64,000 bases of DNA from Octopus sinensis (taxonomy: Eukaryota): contig NC_043006.1 of assembly GCF_006345805.1 (NCBI RefSeq), forward strand, positions 46,872,001 through 46,936,000, read 5' to 3'. The notes under the pieces are model-generated. The model did not search any database and had not been told where the DNA came from. It was given only the letters and a program-made list of their open reading frames with translations. Of this stretch, positions 12,900 to 26,264 are shown in pieces. Position 1 is the stretch's first letter; each line of letters begins with the position of its first letter. The translations under genes were made by a program, and so were the position numbers.

Positions 12900-13600
12900 C
12901 ATAACTAGTCATCAGTTGACGTCAGCACTTCAACATGGAATCTGGATCACCTAAATGAGAGCGCCAGCGCTTCATTACTAACACTTACCATTTAGAAACA
13001 CGTTGTACTTGTTCACCATTAAGCATTTAACAAAGATATTGAAAGATTCGTTTTTCTGCTGGGTTAGCATAAAATTATTTAGGTCAGTTAGAGTTGGGGG
13101 TTTAGCCCTTCGGATTGTTTACCACACGATTTTTCTTTGAGACCAATTGAATCATGCTGCTCTATCTTTCGTGACATTTTGCCACACGTCTCCAGCCTCA
13201 TTTTCATCTCAACAGTCGCAAAGCAATGATGTGGATTGAAGTCTTTGGTTTACTAGATTCATAATCGAGAACGGAAAACGAGGCGAATATTTCGGCTATT
13301 CCTGAATTGACGACCTTCAGGACTCCAATAACCACAAGAAGCGTGTTTCGTGGTTGCATTATTGCTGTTCAGATTCTGTTCTTATCACTGCTCTCTCTTC
13401 TCCTCTATCGTTTTCGACACAGAGAGCAGAAACTTTAAGTGAATCTCCGCGTTACTGCTGGACTTTCTTCATTGTATATCAAATACCGCTTTTACTTTCG
13501 GTGATCACATTTAGGATACAGTTCAGAGTAACACAGCATTTTTTCTTTAAAGTGTTCTTCATAAAATATATAATAGTTAATTACTCAGAAGCATTGTAAA
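12900..13600 (-). pseudogene. Possible highly degraded mariner-like transposase
   Basis: Weak minus-strand peptides (AGDVW resembling TGDETW; KPPTLTDLNNFMLT) interrupted by stops; no clear TIRs. Confidence 0.25.
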
Positions 13601-13719
13601 GCATAAATGTTCAAATTAATAAATCCATCACAATGGTAGCTTGATTCTGTGCTACATCATATGTTTAAGATGTACTTGCATAGCAAGTGACCTGATCTGA
13701 AATCGTGTACTGGAACGAA

Positions 13720-14012
13720 AACAATTGCAGCGTGGAAGGTGCTTATAAGCCATTTAAAAAAAAACACACAAAATCCGTTAGATTCACTTCAACATTTAAA
13801 TTTAATTGAAATATTAGATTCACTTCAATATTTAAATTTAATTTAATATTTTCGTCACTTCCGTGATGTAGCACAGAATTTTGTCAATGAACAGGTCGCG
13901 GTCTCAAATCGACGAAAATATTTGGCAAATTAAATTTAAATGTTGAAGTGAATCTAACGGTTTTTGTATGTTTCTTCAATCGCTTATAAACATCTTCCAC
14001 ACTTCAATTGTT
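13720..14012. mobile_element. Palindromic (foldback) MITE-like element
   Basis: ~90 bp inverted arms (AACAATTG..GTGGAAG..CTTATAA..CCGTTAGATTCACTTCAACATTTAAATTTAATT and its reverse complement), with an internal ~30 bp direct duplication. Confidence 0.8.
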
Positions 14013-14214
14013 ATATGTTTAAGTCTGTGAATGTTTCGTACCATCGATTGAAGAAGGAGATGGAGTACAATAGTGGATTCACAGTAAGTAGAATAGTTCT
14101 TTCGAAGCAGAGAGGGTGTGTTTACATTCCTTCAGTACATAAGTACATAATCACAACTCACGGTAGGTAATTCTGAAATTTATATCAGTACATTGAATCT
14201 GAGCTGTGGAGTGC

Positions 14215-14216
<2 letters not shown>

Positions 14217-14289
<73 letters not shown>

Positions 14290-14290
14290 G
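14217..14290. repeat. (TA)n microsatellite
   Basis: Direct inspection. Confidence 0.9.
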
Positions 14291-14864
14291 TGAAAATCTA
14301 GTCTATTGAGAGAATACATGAGTATAATCTTAATCTATTAATTAGTGCATTAAGCCGAAATGACTTTGCCTCAATAAATAATAAACTTCATACAAAATTT
14401 AATTAGCATGTTATTAAAAGTAATACATGTTGCGCAAAATAAGCAATCTAATTAAGAAGTATGTTATAGATTTTTGATATGTTGGACATAAACACATATT
14501 TCTGAATTCCTCTGATGTCAGCTTGTATTAAATTTGACCTACGTGGCTGTTTGCTAATGTGTATTTAATGAAATATCTTCTTGTAATTCGAAAGTTACTG
14601 AAACGTGTTCAAGTACATTTGTTATTACTAGTAATAGAATTTTAATTTTATTTGTTATCATTTCTATCAGAGCCATAGTTGACAGAAAGACATGAATAGG
14701 AAAAATACTGATTTCAAAATCTTTGAATTTTGTCAGGGATTTCTCAAAGTGAGAGGTTTCGAAAATTAAGCAATTTGACCGTATATGTAAAGCAGAACAG
14801 GATATTCTCCACTTATTTTCTTGTAATATATACAAGTACACTTATGTGTGTACCTTAATTTCCA

Positions 14865-14998
14865 GCAGACCACGAGGCTCCGACCTGCGGTAGAACCTTC
14901 CGAGGAAGCATCGGCCTCAACAGCCACAACCGGACGCCGTATGCCCCATCTTTCTCTCCCATATGATGTCTCATGTCGAAAACGACGGACGAACACTA
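14865..14998 (+). mobile_element. RTE-clade LINE 3' end fragment
   Basis: Frame from 14865 reads APTCGRTFRGSIGLNSHNRT, the C-terminal CxxCGRxF..IGLxSH motif of RTE-type ORFs, followed by AACGACGGACGAAC 3' sequence. Confidence 0.65.
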
Positions 14999-16463
14999 TT
15001 GTGTGTATTATATATTTAAGTCCGCGTATGAAATCCACTACCTAATAGAAGAGATCCAGGTTCGATTCTACGGTGTGGCTATTTAGTTGCACGGCTATCT
15101 AAGCCTTGTGAGAGTGTGAGTAGAGGGAGTGTAGCAGACTAACAATGTACGCAGGGGATCTTTATTTATGTTGCTTGGCGCATCGAATTTAGTAAGATTT
15201 TCCTTCCGCCTTGTACGTTCCACGAGTAATTTAAGTAACTGTCTGCTTTTAGAGACAGTGTAAGGTAAATATTTGTAAGTACATTCATTGCTTACTGCTT
15301 ATCACACGTTGTATATCAGTAATAAAAGAATCCAATGTATCACACATTTTGTTTATGAGAATTACGTTAAGTGTAGACTCAACCATTCACAAACTAATTC
15401 AAAGAGTACTTAGTTCAGTTGAACGCATAGATCAATGATAAGGAACTCACCTCATTGAAGCTTTATAACCATCCAGATACTTAACTCACCTTGTAGAATC
15501 AATGAGACGGAATGAACATTTTACAAAATTCAAAGTGATATTTAACCTAATGAGACAACCGCTACATTTTCGGTCTGTCACACTATCTTAACTCAGGTTT
15601 GTGTCTAAAATGCGGGTCAACACATTAGATAAAGGGTAAACTTAAAAATGTAAAAAGACTGGGTGTTCATGGCGGGAATACTTTTGATTATACGATTGCA
15701 CGATCAAAGCTTATATGTGTCTATGCAACAGTAGTAACAGCATTATGCTGTTGCTATTGTATTTAGGAACTTAGACGAACATTTTTGTACCTTATTTAGT
15801 TACATTCACAAGATTTTTGAAGATAAACAATGTTATACAAAAGAAACCGATTGCAAAGTACAAAGGGACATTTTGTCAATTGGATTTTCATACAAAGACA
15901 CAAAGTACGCCATGTACCATATGAAACAACTTTACAGGTACTCATAGAAATGAAATCAAAGCATTGCAATTTTAATATACTACATTGCTATTTACTAATA
16001 GAATATCCTTGGATAATGCAAATGGAGGTTTTCTATGTTTCTCATAGAATTTCTACAAAAAAGAAGTTTTTTTTTTAAAGTATATGAACATTTTCAAAGA
16101 ACGGAAATGTTGTAGGTAATGTCTAGAGCCAGTTTTCCAAGTCAATCCTAAGCAATACTAACAAGTAAAAACATCAGACGAAAGTTAAAAGGAAAACGGA
16201 AATTTGGACTTAAATTCTGAAGCAGCTAAATTAAACCCAATATAGCATATCACAATGCCACGCCAAGTCAATTGCAATAAGAGTACCTACGTGAATAACA
16301 TACGAATGATTAACAGAATGTATTAGAGAAAGAAAATCACAACACTGCCAGAGAGCCGTAGGAGAGTTAGTGATATTTGATTATAGTAAGGGATCAAAGT
16401 TTTCCCACCGACTACGAATAGAATCGTCATGAAATGAAACTAAATATAGCAAGTATTATAATA

Positions 16464-17323
16464 TTGGGTTGTCCGGACAGTTTGTGCCGATTTATAGTAG
16501 CTTACCTTTCGGCTTGTGGATGCGCAATGGCCCAGTGGTTAACGCATCGGACTCGTGATCGTACGATCGCGGTTTCGACTCCCAGACCGGGCGTTGTGAG
16601 TGTTTATTGAGCGAAAACACCTAAAGATCTACGAGGCTCCGGCAGGGGGTGGTGGCGATCCCTGCTGTACTCTTTCTTCTGTTAGCCTGCATGCTTAGCA
16701 GGTGGCGTCATTTGAAGGCAAAAACAATGCGAAGCGCATTGTGACCAGCGATGCGTGGCAACATCTGATAGTTTGGTCGGTCACGGTGATCACAGTGAAC
16801 TTTCGACTTATTTTAGAACATAGTTCAGTCCATAAAATAGGATTTGACTACACCTCAATGTAGAGCACAGTTTAAGCTATCGTTTCGTGGAAGAAGGTTT
16901 ATATTCCTATAACCTGTGTGAATTCTGTAACCCTTTAAAATAGAAGATAAGAACGTTCATTTTCGGCACTTGATGCTTTGGGAACCAGACAAAAATTTTT
17001 GCAACTCCGCTGGGATGTGTTATTCCACCCACCATATTCATCAGATAATGTTCCTTCGGATTTCCACTTATTCAGGTCTCTGCAGAATAGTGTTAAAAGT
17101 AAAAATATCAATTCCTTGGATGACGTAAAAAGATACCTTGATGAATTTTATGCCATGAAATCCTATCAATTCTGGGAAGAGGGTATTTTCAAGTTAAAGT
17201 AAAGATGGAGACGCATTGTGCAACAAAATTGTAAATATTTGGTCGATTAAAAATGTAATGGTAAGTATTTATTGACCTTTTTCTTTCCTTTAAGGATCAG
17301 CATGAACTTTCTGGACAACCCAA
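16464..17323 (+). mobile_element. Mariner deletion derivative (same 566 bp family) interrupted by a SINE
   Basis: Same TIRs with TA flanks. ORF 16978-17202 has LFHPPYSSDNVPSDFHLF. Length minus the SINE and its TSD is 566 bp. Confidence 0.92.
16516..16799 (+). mobile_element. SINE family 2 (tail A)
   Basis: tRNA-like head (TGGCCCAGTGG; GGTTTCGACTCCC) and GGTCGGTCACGGTGATCACAGTGA tail. 10 bp TSD CTTTCGGCTT (16506-16515) / CTTTCGACTT (16800-16809). Confidence 0.9.
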
Positions 17324-17793
17324 TATATTAGTGTTTGGAAGAAACTATGAAATGCTTTATCTCTGGCTGCCATATCTTAACAAGGCAAGAACAACTATGC
17401 ATGTATTAAAGGATTGGAGCTTTCATACGCTGAAATTTAGAAGTTTATTTTGAAATGCTAATAGCAAAAAAAAAAAAAAGGCATCAACATATATAAAAAA
17501 AATTCTATCTCAGATAATGGCTATGCAACCATCGGTTTGGATATATCAATCCGCAGTGATAAGGGGATCAAAACCAATCAGGCGGATAATGTTATCAATA
17601 CATACCGAGAAAGAATATACTAAATAATAGAAATATAATTCCCAGCAAACGATAAAGATGATGTCAAAGCGACAGAGAAGTTATTGAAATAAAAATGAGA
17701 AATGTCTTGGAAGAGCAGAAACCACAATATGGGGATTCAAATTAAACACAATTCCTACTACTCCTTTGGAAATAAACAGAAAATATGTAAATA

Positions 17794-18297
17794 CCGTAAA
17801 TCCTCGAGTATAATCCGCATTTTTTCCCCAAAATTTAAAGGTCAAAATCCCTTGTGCGTATTATACACAAGGTTAAATATGAAAATTATTTCTAAGCAAT
17901 GTTCAAGTCTCTATTTGCTGTCCGGCAATGTTTATTCAGGCGTATTTTGTGATGTCGGGCGCCAAAATACCTTAAGCTAAGCCTGAAAGCAATGAAGTCA
18001 TAAAAGAATCATCCATAACTTGCAGTAAGCAACATTTATTAAACATTATTACTGTTATTTCTTTATTTTCCCCAAAACAAAATGCACAAAAATGCTACAC
18101 GTTTGCATTATGTTATATTTACAATAATAATAAAGTACGTTACCATATATATTTTTACAAACCAAGGAGGTTATATAGACCTCCTTGACTCAAGTTAGAG
18201 AAGGGGTGCATATTATACACAAGGTTTAGGTTTTTCAGAGGTACAGCCCACTAAAATTCCCCTGCGTATTATACTCAAGGGCGGACTATATCTACGG
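17794..18297 (+). mobile_element. Tc2-like non-autonomous DNA transposon
   Basis: TA|CCGTAAATCCTCGAGTATAATCCGC ... GCGGACTATATCTACGG|TA. A paralogue starts at 39314. Confidence 0.75.
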
Positions 18298-19436
18298 TAC
18301 ATAACCCAGAATTTAAAACTTGCAAATATGAGTGACATGTACAAAGTAGTACAGCTATGTACTACACACGCGTTACAGAAAGTAATGCCAATACATTAGA
18401 AAATGTAAAGAAAAGAAGCACAGTAAACAGCTAAGGATTAACAGACCTGCTCTTGATAGTGCAGTGATTGCACGCAATATAAATGTGACTACTGAAAGTA
18501 AAAATAATCTAATACTAATAACTATGGCTTATACAAGTTTCAAAATTATTCATTAATGCACTTAAAATTTATTTCAGTCAAAATTACTAAAATTTCGATT
18601 TTCGTTGTGCTTTTGTTGTTTCTGATGTTTAACTATCATATAACACATTTGTTTGTTTTATTTTAATATTTTTACAAACTCCAAAACGGGCTTGTTTCAT
18701 AGCGATTAGATTCATGCTTTCATCTTCGTCACGTCATGTGCAATATTAAAAGACAAATGACAATAACACGCCATTAATAAAAAAAGAAAAAAAAGAATCA
18801 TGGATTAATATGAAGGAAAATCTAAAGAAACAAAAATATAAATATGAAATTCATTCTGTCAGCTGGAATTTTCATTTATTGAACCTATAAAAGATCGCAT
18901 AACTTCTAAGACGCCAGACATTGGTGGCAAGCAAGTAAACCTTTCTTTTCTTTGTTATTTTTTTAAAACATATATTAATATTGCTTTTGGAAGATATTTC
19001 GTAAAATATCGATTTTATAAGCAACTTTCGTGCACTTTTACCGAACGACTTGTCTTTTGTCAATAGGTGATTAAATGAACGTGATTGAGGTTACGTTAAA
19101 AATCACATTTGAAGTTTCAAATACTCACCATTCAGCTCATTAGGTGGGATTCAACTGGTTAAGTTTACTAAATAATTTGAAAGAGCTGATCGGTAATAAT
19201 TAATCCTCGGGTAACTAATATAAAATTCGTCTCTCTTTCAAAATAAGATTATCATTTTTTGAAAACTTTACTTGGCGTATTATTCACAATATAATCATTA
19301 ATATCCAATTAGTTTTCCAGGTTTAAGGTTTTGTTTTTGGTATTTTAGTGATGTTATAATTAATCCGTTCTGGCGTAAATATATATTTTCAATGAATTCT
19401 AAAAGATGTGCACGCATTAATATATATATATATATA

Positions 19437-20373
19437 CTAGCATAATGACCCGGCGTTGCCAGGTCACAGTGCTAGTTTGGTATAAATTTGTTAAATTAAA
19501 AATAGGGGGTAATAAAACATACAATGATATATTAAAAAGGCGAATTAAAATTCCAGAGAAAAATACAAATTTACAAAAATACATAAAAGTTCATCTACGT
19601 TTCGGAGATGCGCCAATTAATATGAAACATATCATATATTTAAAATTAACATTCCCCTCGTCAGGATGTCTTTTATACACAACACATAGTACACGGAAAC
19701 AAAAGCACAATTACACACCGGCCACACGCGAAAGACCAGACATTACGTACTCTGAATGCTACTTTATAAGCATATAATTCAATCTAGCAGCTATAGTAAA
19801 TTGTATGCACACAGCTCCATCTTGACTAATTCACTTCTGCACTCAATTAAATTTTTAATCTTTTAATTTCTCCCATTCATGCAAAGCCACATATTCGAGT
19901 TCAAGTCCTTGATACATTTTATACTAATTGCTATTTTATCTTTTAATTGTTATATTACGATTTAATTACCATATTTTAGTTTTATTTTAATTACAACTTA
20001 CTATATTTACTATATTTAAGTCAATTGTTATTATTACCTCTAACTTTTATTGATATTTTTATTTCTAAATTTCTTATGGAACGTCGAGTAGATCTTTTGC
20101 GTACAATATATTTTTATATGATGTTTATATATTTATATATTACTATATATTTCTAAACGTCGGACTTTATATCTGTTCTGTAGATATAAATGAATCTATG
20201 TATGTGTCTGATCTTTCTGCGGATTTTGTAGTGTTCTTGTGTTGCTGCTCGCATTGCCTCCCCTCGGATTAAAAAAGTGTATACAGCTCATTTGAGCATT
20301 ACTATTCCAGTCTCTTATATATTTTGAGCGTTGTTGTCACTAACGATCTCAAGATATAACTTTATATTTTGTA

Positions 20374-20407
<34 letters not shown>

Positions 20408-20668
20408 TATATATATATAAATCCATATACATACAATAGAGAGATGTTTTTGTTTCACTTTTAACACGTAATACTGAATGAGTGGAGAAGATATGATATT
20501 GCTGTGGGCTCGCCCTAGGCGAGAAGTTAAAGATTTTTTTGCCTATGACACTACATGGACCGTAAGTAAGGCATGTGAAAAATTTGAATGAAATTGGTTG
20601 TGCAGTTCTCAAGTTTTAGGGAAACACACCGTCAGACACACATTCTCAGTTTTATATATATAGAGAGA
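19437..20668 (-). mobile_element. Non-autonomous Helitron-like element
   Basis: The minus strand starts A|TCTCTCTATATATATAAAACTGAGAATG at 20668. 3' hairpin GACCTGGCAACGCCGGGTC then ATTATGCTAG|T at 19437. That the interior belongs to one element is inferred. Confidence 0.65.
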
Positions 20669-20670
20669 TA

Positions 20671-20829
20671 TGTCACCTTGGTCACCTTGACCGACGAATG
20701 CGTCGGGTATCCATTTTACACCACTGGTCACAGCACGCTGTCCACTCCTCTCTGGATCGCGTCATTCTTATCCACGTAATTCCAATCGTCCTACAGAAAT
20801 CGTTACTCCACCGTCGTGGAGGCCTTCCG

Positions 20830-20830
<1 letters not shown>
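20671..20830 (-). mobile_element. RTE-clade LINE 3' end fragment
   Basis: Minus-strand peptide GRPPRRWSNDFCRTIGITWIRMTRSREEW (RTE GRPxxRW motif) and (CAAGGTGAC)2 tail. Confidence 0.75.
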
Positions 20831-20880
<50 letters not shown>

Positions 20881-20882
<2 letters not shown>

Positions 20883-21146
20883 CACCGTGACGGTGACCGA
20901 CCAGGCTATCAGATGTTGCTACACATCGCTGGTCACGATGCGCTTCGCATTGTTTTAGCCTTCAAATGACGCCACTCCGCTGGCTAAGCGAGCAGGCCAA
21001 CAGAAGAAAGAGTGAGAGAAAGTTGTGGCAAAAGAGTACAGCAGGAATCGCCCCCCCCCCCAGCCACTGCCGGAGCCTCGTGGAACTTTAGGTGTTTTCG
21101 CTCAATAAACACTCACAACGGCCAGTCTGGGAATCGAAACCGCGAA
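20881..21146 (-). mobile_element. SINE family 2 (tail A), head truncated
   Basis: Reverse complement of the 16560-16799 sequence. Confidence 0.85.
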
Positions 21147-21244
21147 ATAATGCAATTTATAAGACTAAAAATAATGCTATTTATTTAGTCACAGTACACT
21201 CGCGCAATCAATACATTATAAGGGTAAAGTACCTACCCTGCATA

Positions 21245-21650
21245 TCCTTCTTTTATCTCTTACTTGCTTCAGTGATTAAACTACGGTCAAGCTGCAGCAC
21301 TGCCTTGAATAGTTTTCGGTTGGAGGAAATGAAATCATTACCTCTTTAAAGCCTAGTACTTATTCTATCGGGCTCTTTGGTCGAACCGCCAAATAACTGG
21401 TTGCCAAGCAGTGGTGAGGGACAAACACGACCGCCCCCATATATACGTACACACACAAACACACACATGTATGTATGTATGTATGTATTTATATACGTAT
21501 ACGGGGGTCTTCTTTCGGCTTCTGACTACCAAATCCCTAATGTAATCACTTTGGTCAGTCCGAGGCTATAATAAAGACACTTGCACACAGTGACGGGAGC
21601 GAAACATGGAACCATGTGGCTGGGAAGAAAAATTCTTACTACATAGTCAC
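21245..21650 (-). mobile_element. SINE family 1, degenerate
   Basis: Diverged reverse-complement match, including CCTAGTACTTATTCTATCGG and CTTACTACATAGTCAC. Confidence 0.7.
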
Positions 21651-22605
21651 CCAGTAATAGAAGTTTCGACGTATCTTACCCATAGTGAAAAATCGGTGAT
21701 CACAAAATTGTTTTGCGCTCACTCTTTAGGAAGGAGTGAGCAATCTTACACACAATCATAAGCCCTTACCAATACGCGCACTCGTATATATACATACATA
21801 TACAACCTTATGTTGCTCTTTTCTATATGATAAAACCTGAGAAGTCTGCTTTGATTTGTAACCCTAATTTTCACCTCTCTGATTATCTGATATGTGAAAA
21901 TAGCTATTTCTTCGTCGAATTCTATAATCTTCTGTATATCTGTTTACACGATTAAGCTTTAATTTATTTATGTTGCTCGGAATAATTCTTTATAACTATA
22001 TCTTTGTATTTCTCATAATATTCTTCTTTTTGACAATGGCTCTTCAATCTATAAATGTTTTTTTTTTTTGTATATTGCAGTTAATCAAACAAGTAGCATT
22101 CTTATAATGTAGGCAATATACGTTAAGAAAGAAAAAACGTATAGAAACAGAAGGTGATCGACAAAGATATAGATGGTTCTTATAAGTAAAAAATAAAATA
22201 CGAGTTTCAATGTTCTTGTTTTCAAGATGAGCTTTCTGTACTTTCCTATTACATTTAAATTTTATGATGTAATTTGTTTACTGCAGGCTCTATTCAGGAT
22301 ATAATGAATTCCACGAATGCAATTTTAAAGTCTTTGAAAATTTCTAACCAATTTTATAAATAACGAAGAACACAACATTTCTTTTCATTGGAGACATGAT
22401 CTGATATGCAACTACTTAATGAACGTAAAATCTGATGAAAACAAATTATATAACTAACTGATTTTTATAAGAAAATCCTGTAATACACGCTGCCTAAATC
22501 AGTAGAGCCATATAAGCTTCTGTAATCTGACAATATTTTAAATAGAAATGAATGTGTACATGCATGCGTGCATCAATGTGTGTATGTATGTATCTATGTA
22601 TGTAT

Positions 22606-22973
22606 GTGGAGGCGCAATGGCCAAGTGGTTAGCGCAGCGGACTCGCGGTGGTAGGATCACGGTTTCGATTCGCAAACCGGGCGTTGTGAGTGTTTATTGA
22701 GCGAAAACACCTAAAGTTCCACGAGGATCCGGCAGGGGATGGTAGCGAACCCTGCTCTACTCTTTCACCGCAACTTTCTCTCACTCTTTCTTTCTGTTTC
22801 CTGTATTTTCACGCTGTATTTTCCTGTATGTCACGCTGAATCTCCCCGAGAACCACGTTAAGGGTACTAGTGTCTGTGGAGTGCTCAGCCACTTTCACGT
22901 TAATTTCACAAGCAGGCTGTTCCGTTGATCCGATCAACTGGAACCCTCGTCGTCGTAACCGACGGAGTGCTAC
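22606..22973 (+). mobile_element. SINE family 2 (tail B)
   Basis: Same head and body as 16516 up to CTCTTTC, then an unrelated 3' half ending GGAACCCTCGTCGTCGTAACCGACGGAGTGC. Confidence 0.85.
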
Positions 22974-23486
22974 GATGTATGTATGTACGCATTTATGTAC
23001 GTACGTATGTATGCATGTATTTATATATGTGTGTATGCAGTACGTATGTATCCATGTACCTATCTCCCGTCTATCTATTTATTTCTGAACCGATATCCTA
23101 TTTATCTCTCTGTCTGTATATATGTACGTGTACAATTCTGTTTGTATAAATAAAATATATATGAGCGCGTGCCTGTGCGAGTGAGTGTATATAAAACGTC
23201 TATTTGTTGCATGACTTGCAGGGAAGAGGCAAGCATTTCTCTACAGATCTGAGAATGATGCCGTTGACTTTGAAGACGGTGGTTTCCGGGTCAAAATTAC
23301 GACAGTTCAAACAACAATTTGGAAAATTTAGATCGTGACAAAAATGGAGGCTTTTTTTAGCGAACTCAATGTGTTTGAAATAGAGCTTATAGTACACAAA
23401 TCCATCTTATCTTTTAGATTTGGCTTTGCTGTTACTGTATTTAGTTCTGGGAAGAACTGAGAGCTTCTTCGCGCTGCACCTAATCC

Positions 23487-23797
23487 CTTGGGCAAGTGTC
23501 TTCTACTATAGCCTCAAGCTGACCAAAGCCTTGCGAGTGGATTTGGTAGACTGAAAGAAGTCCGTCGTATATATGTATATGTGTATATGTTTGTGTGTCT
23601 GTGTTTGTCCCCTCGACATCGCCTGACAGCCGATGCTGGTATGTTTACGTCACCGTAACTTAGCGGTTTGGCAAAAGAAACCGATAGAATAAGTACTAGG
23701 CTTACAAAGATTAAGTCCTGGGATCGATTTGCTCGATTAAATGTGGTGCTCCAGCATGGCCACAGTCAAATGACTGAAACAAGTAAAAGAGTAAAAG
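23487..23797 (+). mobile_element. SINE family 1, 5'-truncated
   Basis: Match from CCTTGGGCAAGTGTC through the AGTAAAAGAGTAAAAG tail. Confidence 0.85.
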
Positions 23798-24934
23798 CGA
23801 TTGAAGATAAGGATTTTCCTATAAAAATTCGCTGAGCTGACTTAAAACCATTGAAATTTAACGAACGTTTCTTGCCCTTGCTGAACAAGCTCATTAAACG
23901 CTGACAAGTCAATATCGTTAGGCGATACGAGGTGAAATTACATCACCCTAACTGAATTATCATTTCCTTCGCTGCAACAACGATGCCAGAGGTGAATGAG
24001 ATTCCTGTGCAGATTTGTTTTAATGGCAAAGAACAAACGAACACAGCCAATAGCCTGAATACAATTGATGAATACAAAGATGGTATTACAACGGAAAATT
24101 ACACATCAGGCCTATACCAAACGTTGGTCCTTGTATTAAATATCACATTACAATATCAGCACAAACAAGATGTATTCAAACAAAAACTTGTTAATGGTAG
24201 ATTTGGACATTGAACGGGCCATTGTTTCATTCCCGCCATCTTGAGAAAAAGGATATCGGTTCAGAAATAAATATCAAAATATGAACACCGGCATTGAAGA
24301 TTGGAATACCTCAAGAAATCGACTGAGAGAGAATTTTCTACAGATTTTCCAAATCAACTATCTCAAAATCAACCGATAAAACACTGCTATCATTAAACAA
24401 AAGAAGGCATCTATGACACAAACGAGAAAGAGTTAAAAAGAAACGTAAAGCTAAGATAGGGTGTTGTGACATCTATGTAACAGCTGATAAATAAATTGCT
24501 AAGGACAGCAAAACGTGACGAACGATCAAAAAGACTAGTTGGCAAAAGCTGAGTATTAACAAAAAAAAAGAAAAAATGAGGTGGAGTGAGGCACAAGCAC
24601 AAAAAAAAAAAAAACATTCACGTAAATGATTTAGAAGCAGAACAAACTTTCTTGCATTGAGAATAACTTTCAAACGTAAAATAGGACGTATAAGCCATTT
24701 AAAAGTTCGTAATGAGATCAAGGTAAAAGGCCAACGAATTAGACCTTTGCAATTCCATCACACGGACACAACCCTCCACACACACATGCAAGTACAAAGG
24801 CACATCCATGTGTGCATACAAACATACATGCATATATACATACATACATATATATATGTTTTTGAAATTATATTTGCTTTAGACAATCTCAATTTATATT
24901 AAATTTGTGTACCTCTATTTCTCTTTGTAGCTTC

Positions 24935-25060
24935 ATATATATATATATATATATGTTTATATATATCTATACAGACACATATATATATATATAACATATA
25001 TACACACACATATATATATATATATCATATATACACACATATATATATAAATATATATGA

Positions 25061-25104
<44 letters not shown>

Positions 25105-25180
25105 GTATATGTCAATATAAGAGCATACATATGTATGTATATACACACACATATATATATATATAATCCTAACATAAGAT
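24935..25180. repeat. Compound (TA)n microsatellite
   Basis: Direct inspection. Confidence 0.85.
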
Positions 25181-26264
25181 ATGTACACACACAAGTGCAT
25201 AAACGCGAGCACAAAGAGAGGCACATGAACATATACAGACGCACATATACATTAGCATACGCATGCGTACGTCAGAGGATACATATTATATATACTCACA
25301 TCCTGTTCTATATCGCATACAAAGAATGTATATTCATATAAGACTGTAGAAATATAGAAGTATACAATTCGATATATATATATACACGCTTCTCTTTTTC
25401 GCCCTCATATTTTATATCTATCGAGCGTCTGTATATATACAGATATAATTGTATGTGTGTATACACACACATACACGCACATATATATATATATGGGGGG
25501 GGGGCATGAATGTATGTATATGAAAGGCAGATAGAACGAGTCGGAAAAACGAGTGAGGCAATTACAATCCATCGCTAGGCGGTGGCGGCGTGTCGTTCTA
25601 CAGAATGAAATTCACACAATATAACATTAAATTGCTCTTCAGTTTTCTTTTAATGCTCAAGTCAAGTCTAATTGGAAATAATATTAAATTTAGGAAGTTG
25701 AAATGGAGTGGGGGAGGCGGTGAAGTGTACCTATAGAAATATTACCAAGATGGAATATATTGATTTCAAAGTAATTCATCCAATGTCTAAGGACAAGTTG
25801 TGGGATATAATAATTTAATAGAATTTAATGAATGTGTTTGTATGTGTGTGTAGTGTTTTCTGTATCTGTGTACATATTTGTGTGTAGTCTCATCTAGCTG
25901 TATGAATATATGTAAGGTGCTTCAAGTGAGATTGTGCTTAAAGTGGATGCGTTTTACATACAGATATTTACGACATAAGGGCAACTGATGTTGTTCGGTA
26001 AACGGAATAGAATGACTGTTCATAATAGTAGACTTACTCTCTATTCTTACATATATCCCTACATACGTAGAGTGAAGCTCTCACCTTTATCTTTTTGAGT
26101 ATGTGTATATACACACATATTCATTGTAGGTAGCAAGAAATATACAGGAAGAAAAGCTTATGGAGAGACATTTTCTCCTTTGTGTATTTATATTTAATAA
26201 GACATAAAGTCTATACTATGCAGAATTAAAATTCTCATCGGTTGTAGTCAGTGGATATTCATGG

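Noticed and set aside
14866-14940. Small host exon (CAG acceptor, GTATGC donor)
   Set aside because: An alternative frame gives the RTE C-terminal CGRxF..IGLxSH motif, which explains the segment better.
23983-24213. ATG-initiated 76 aa ORF
   Set aside because: No homology I can recognise, and the length is within chance expectation.
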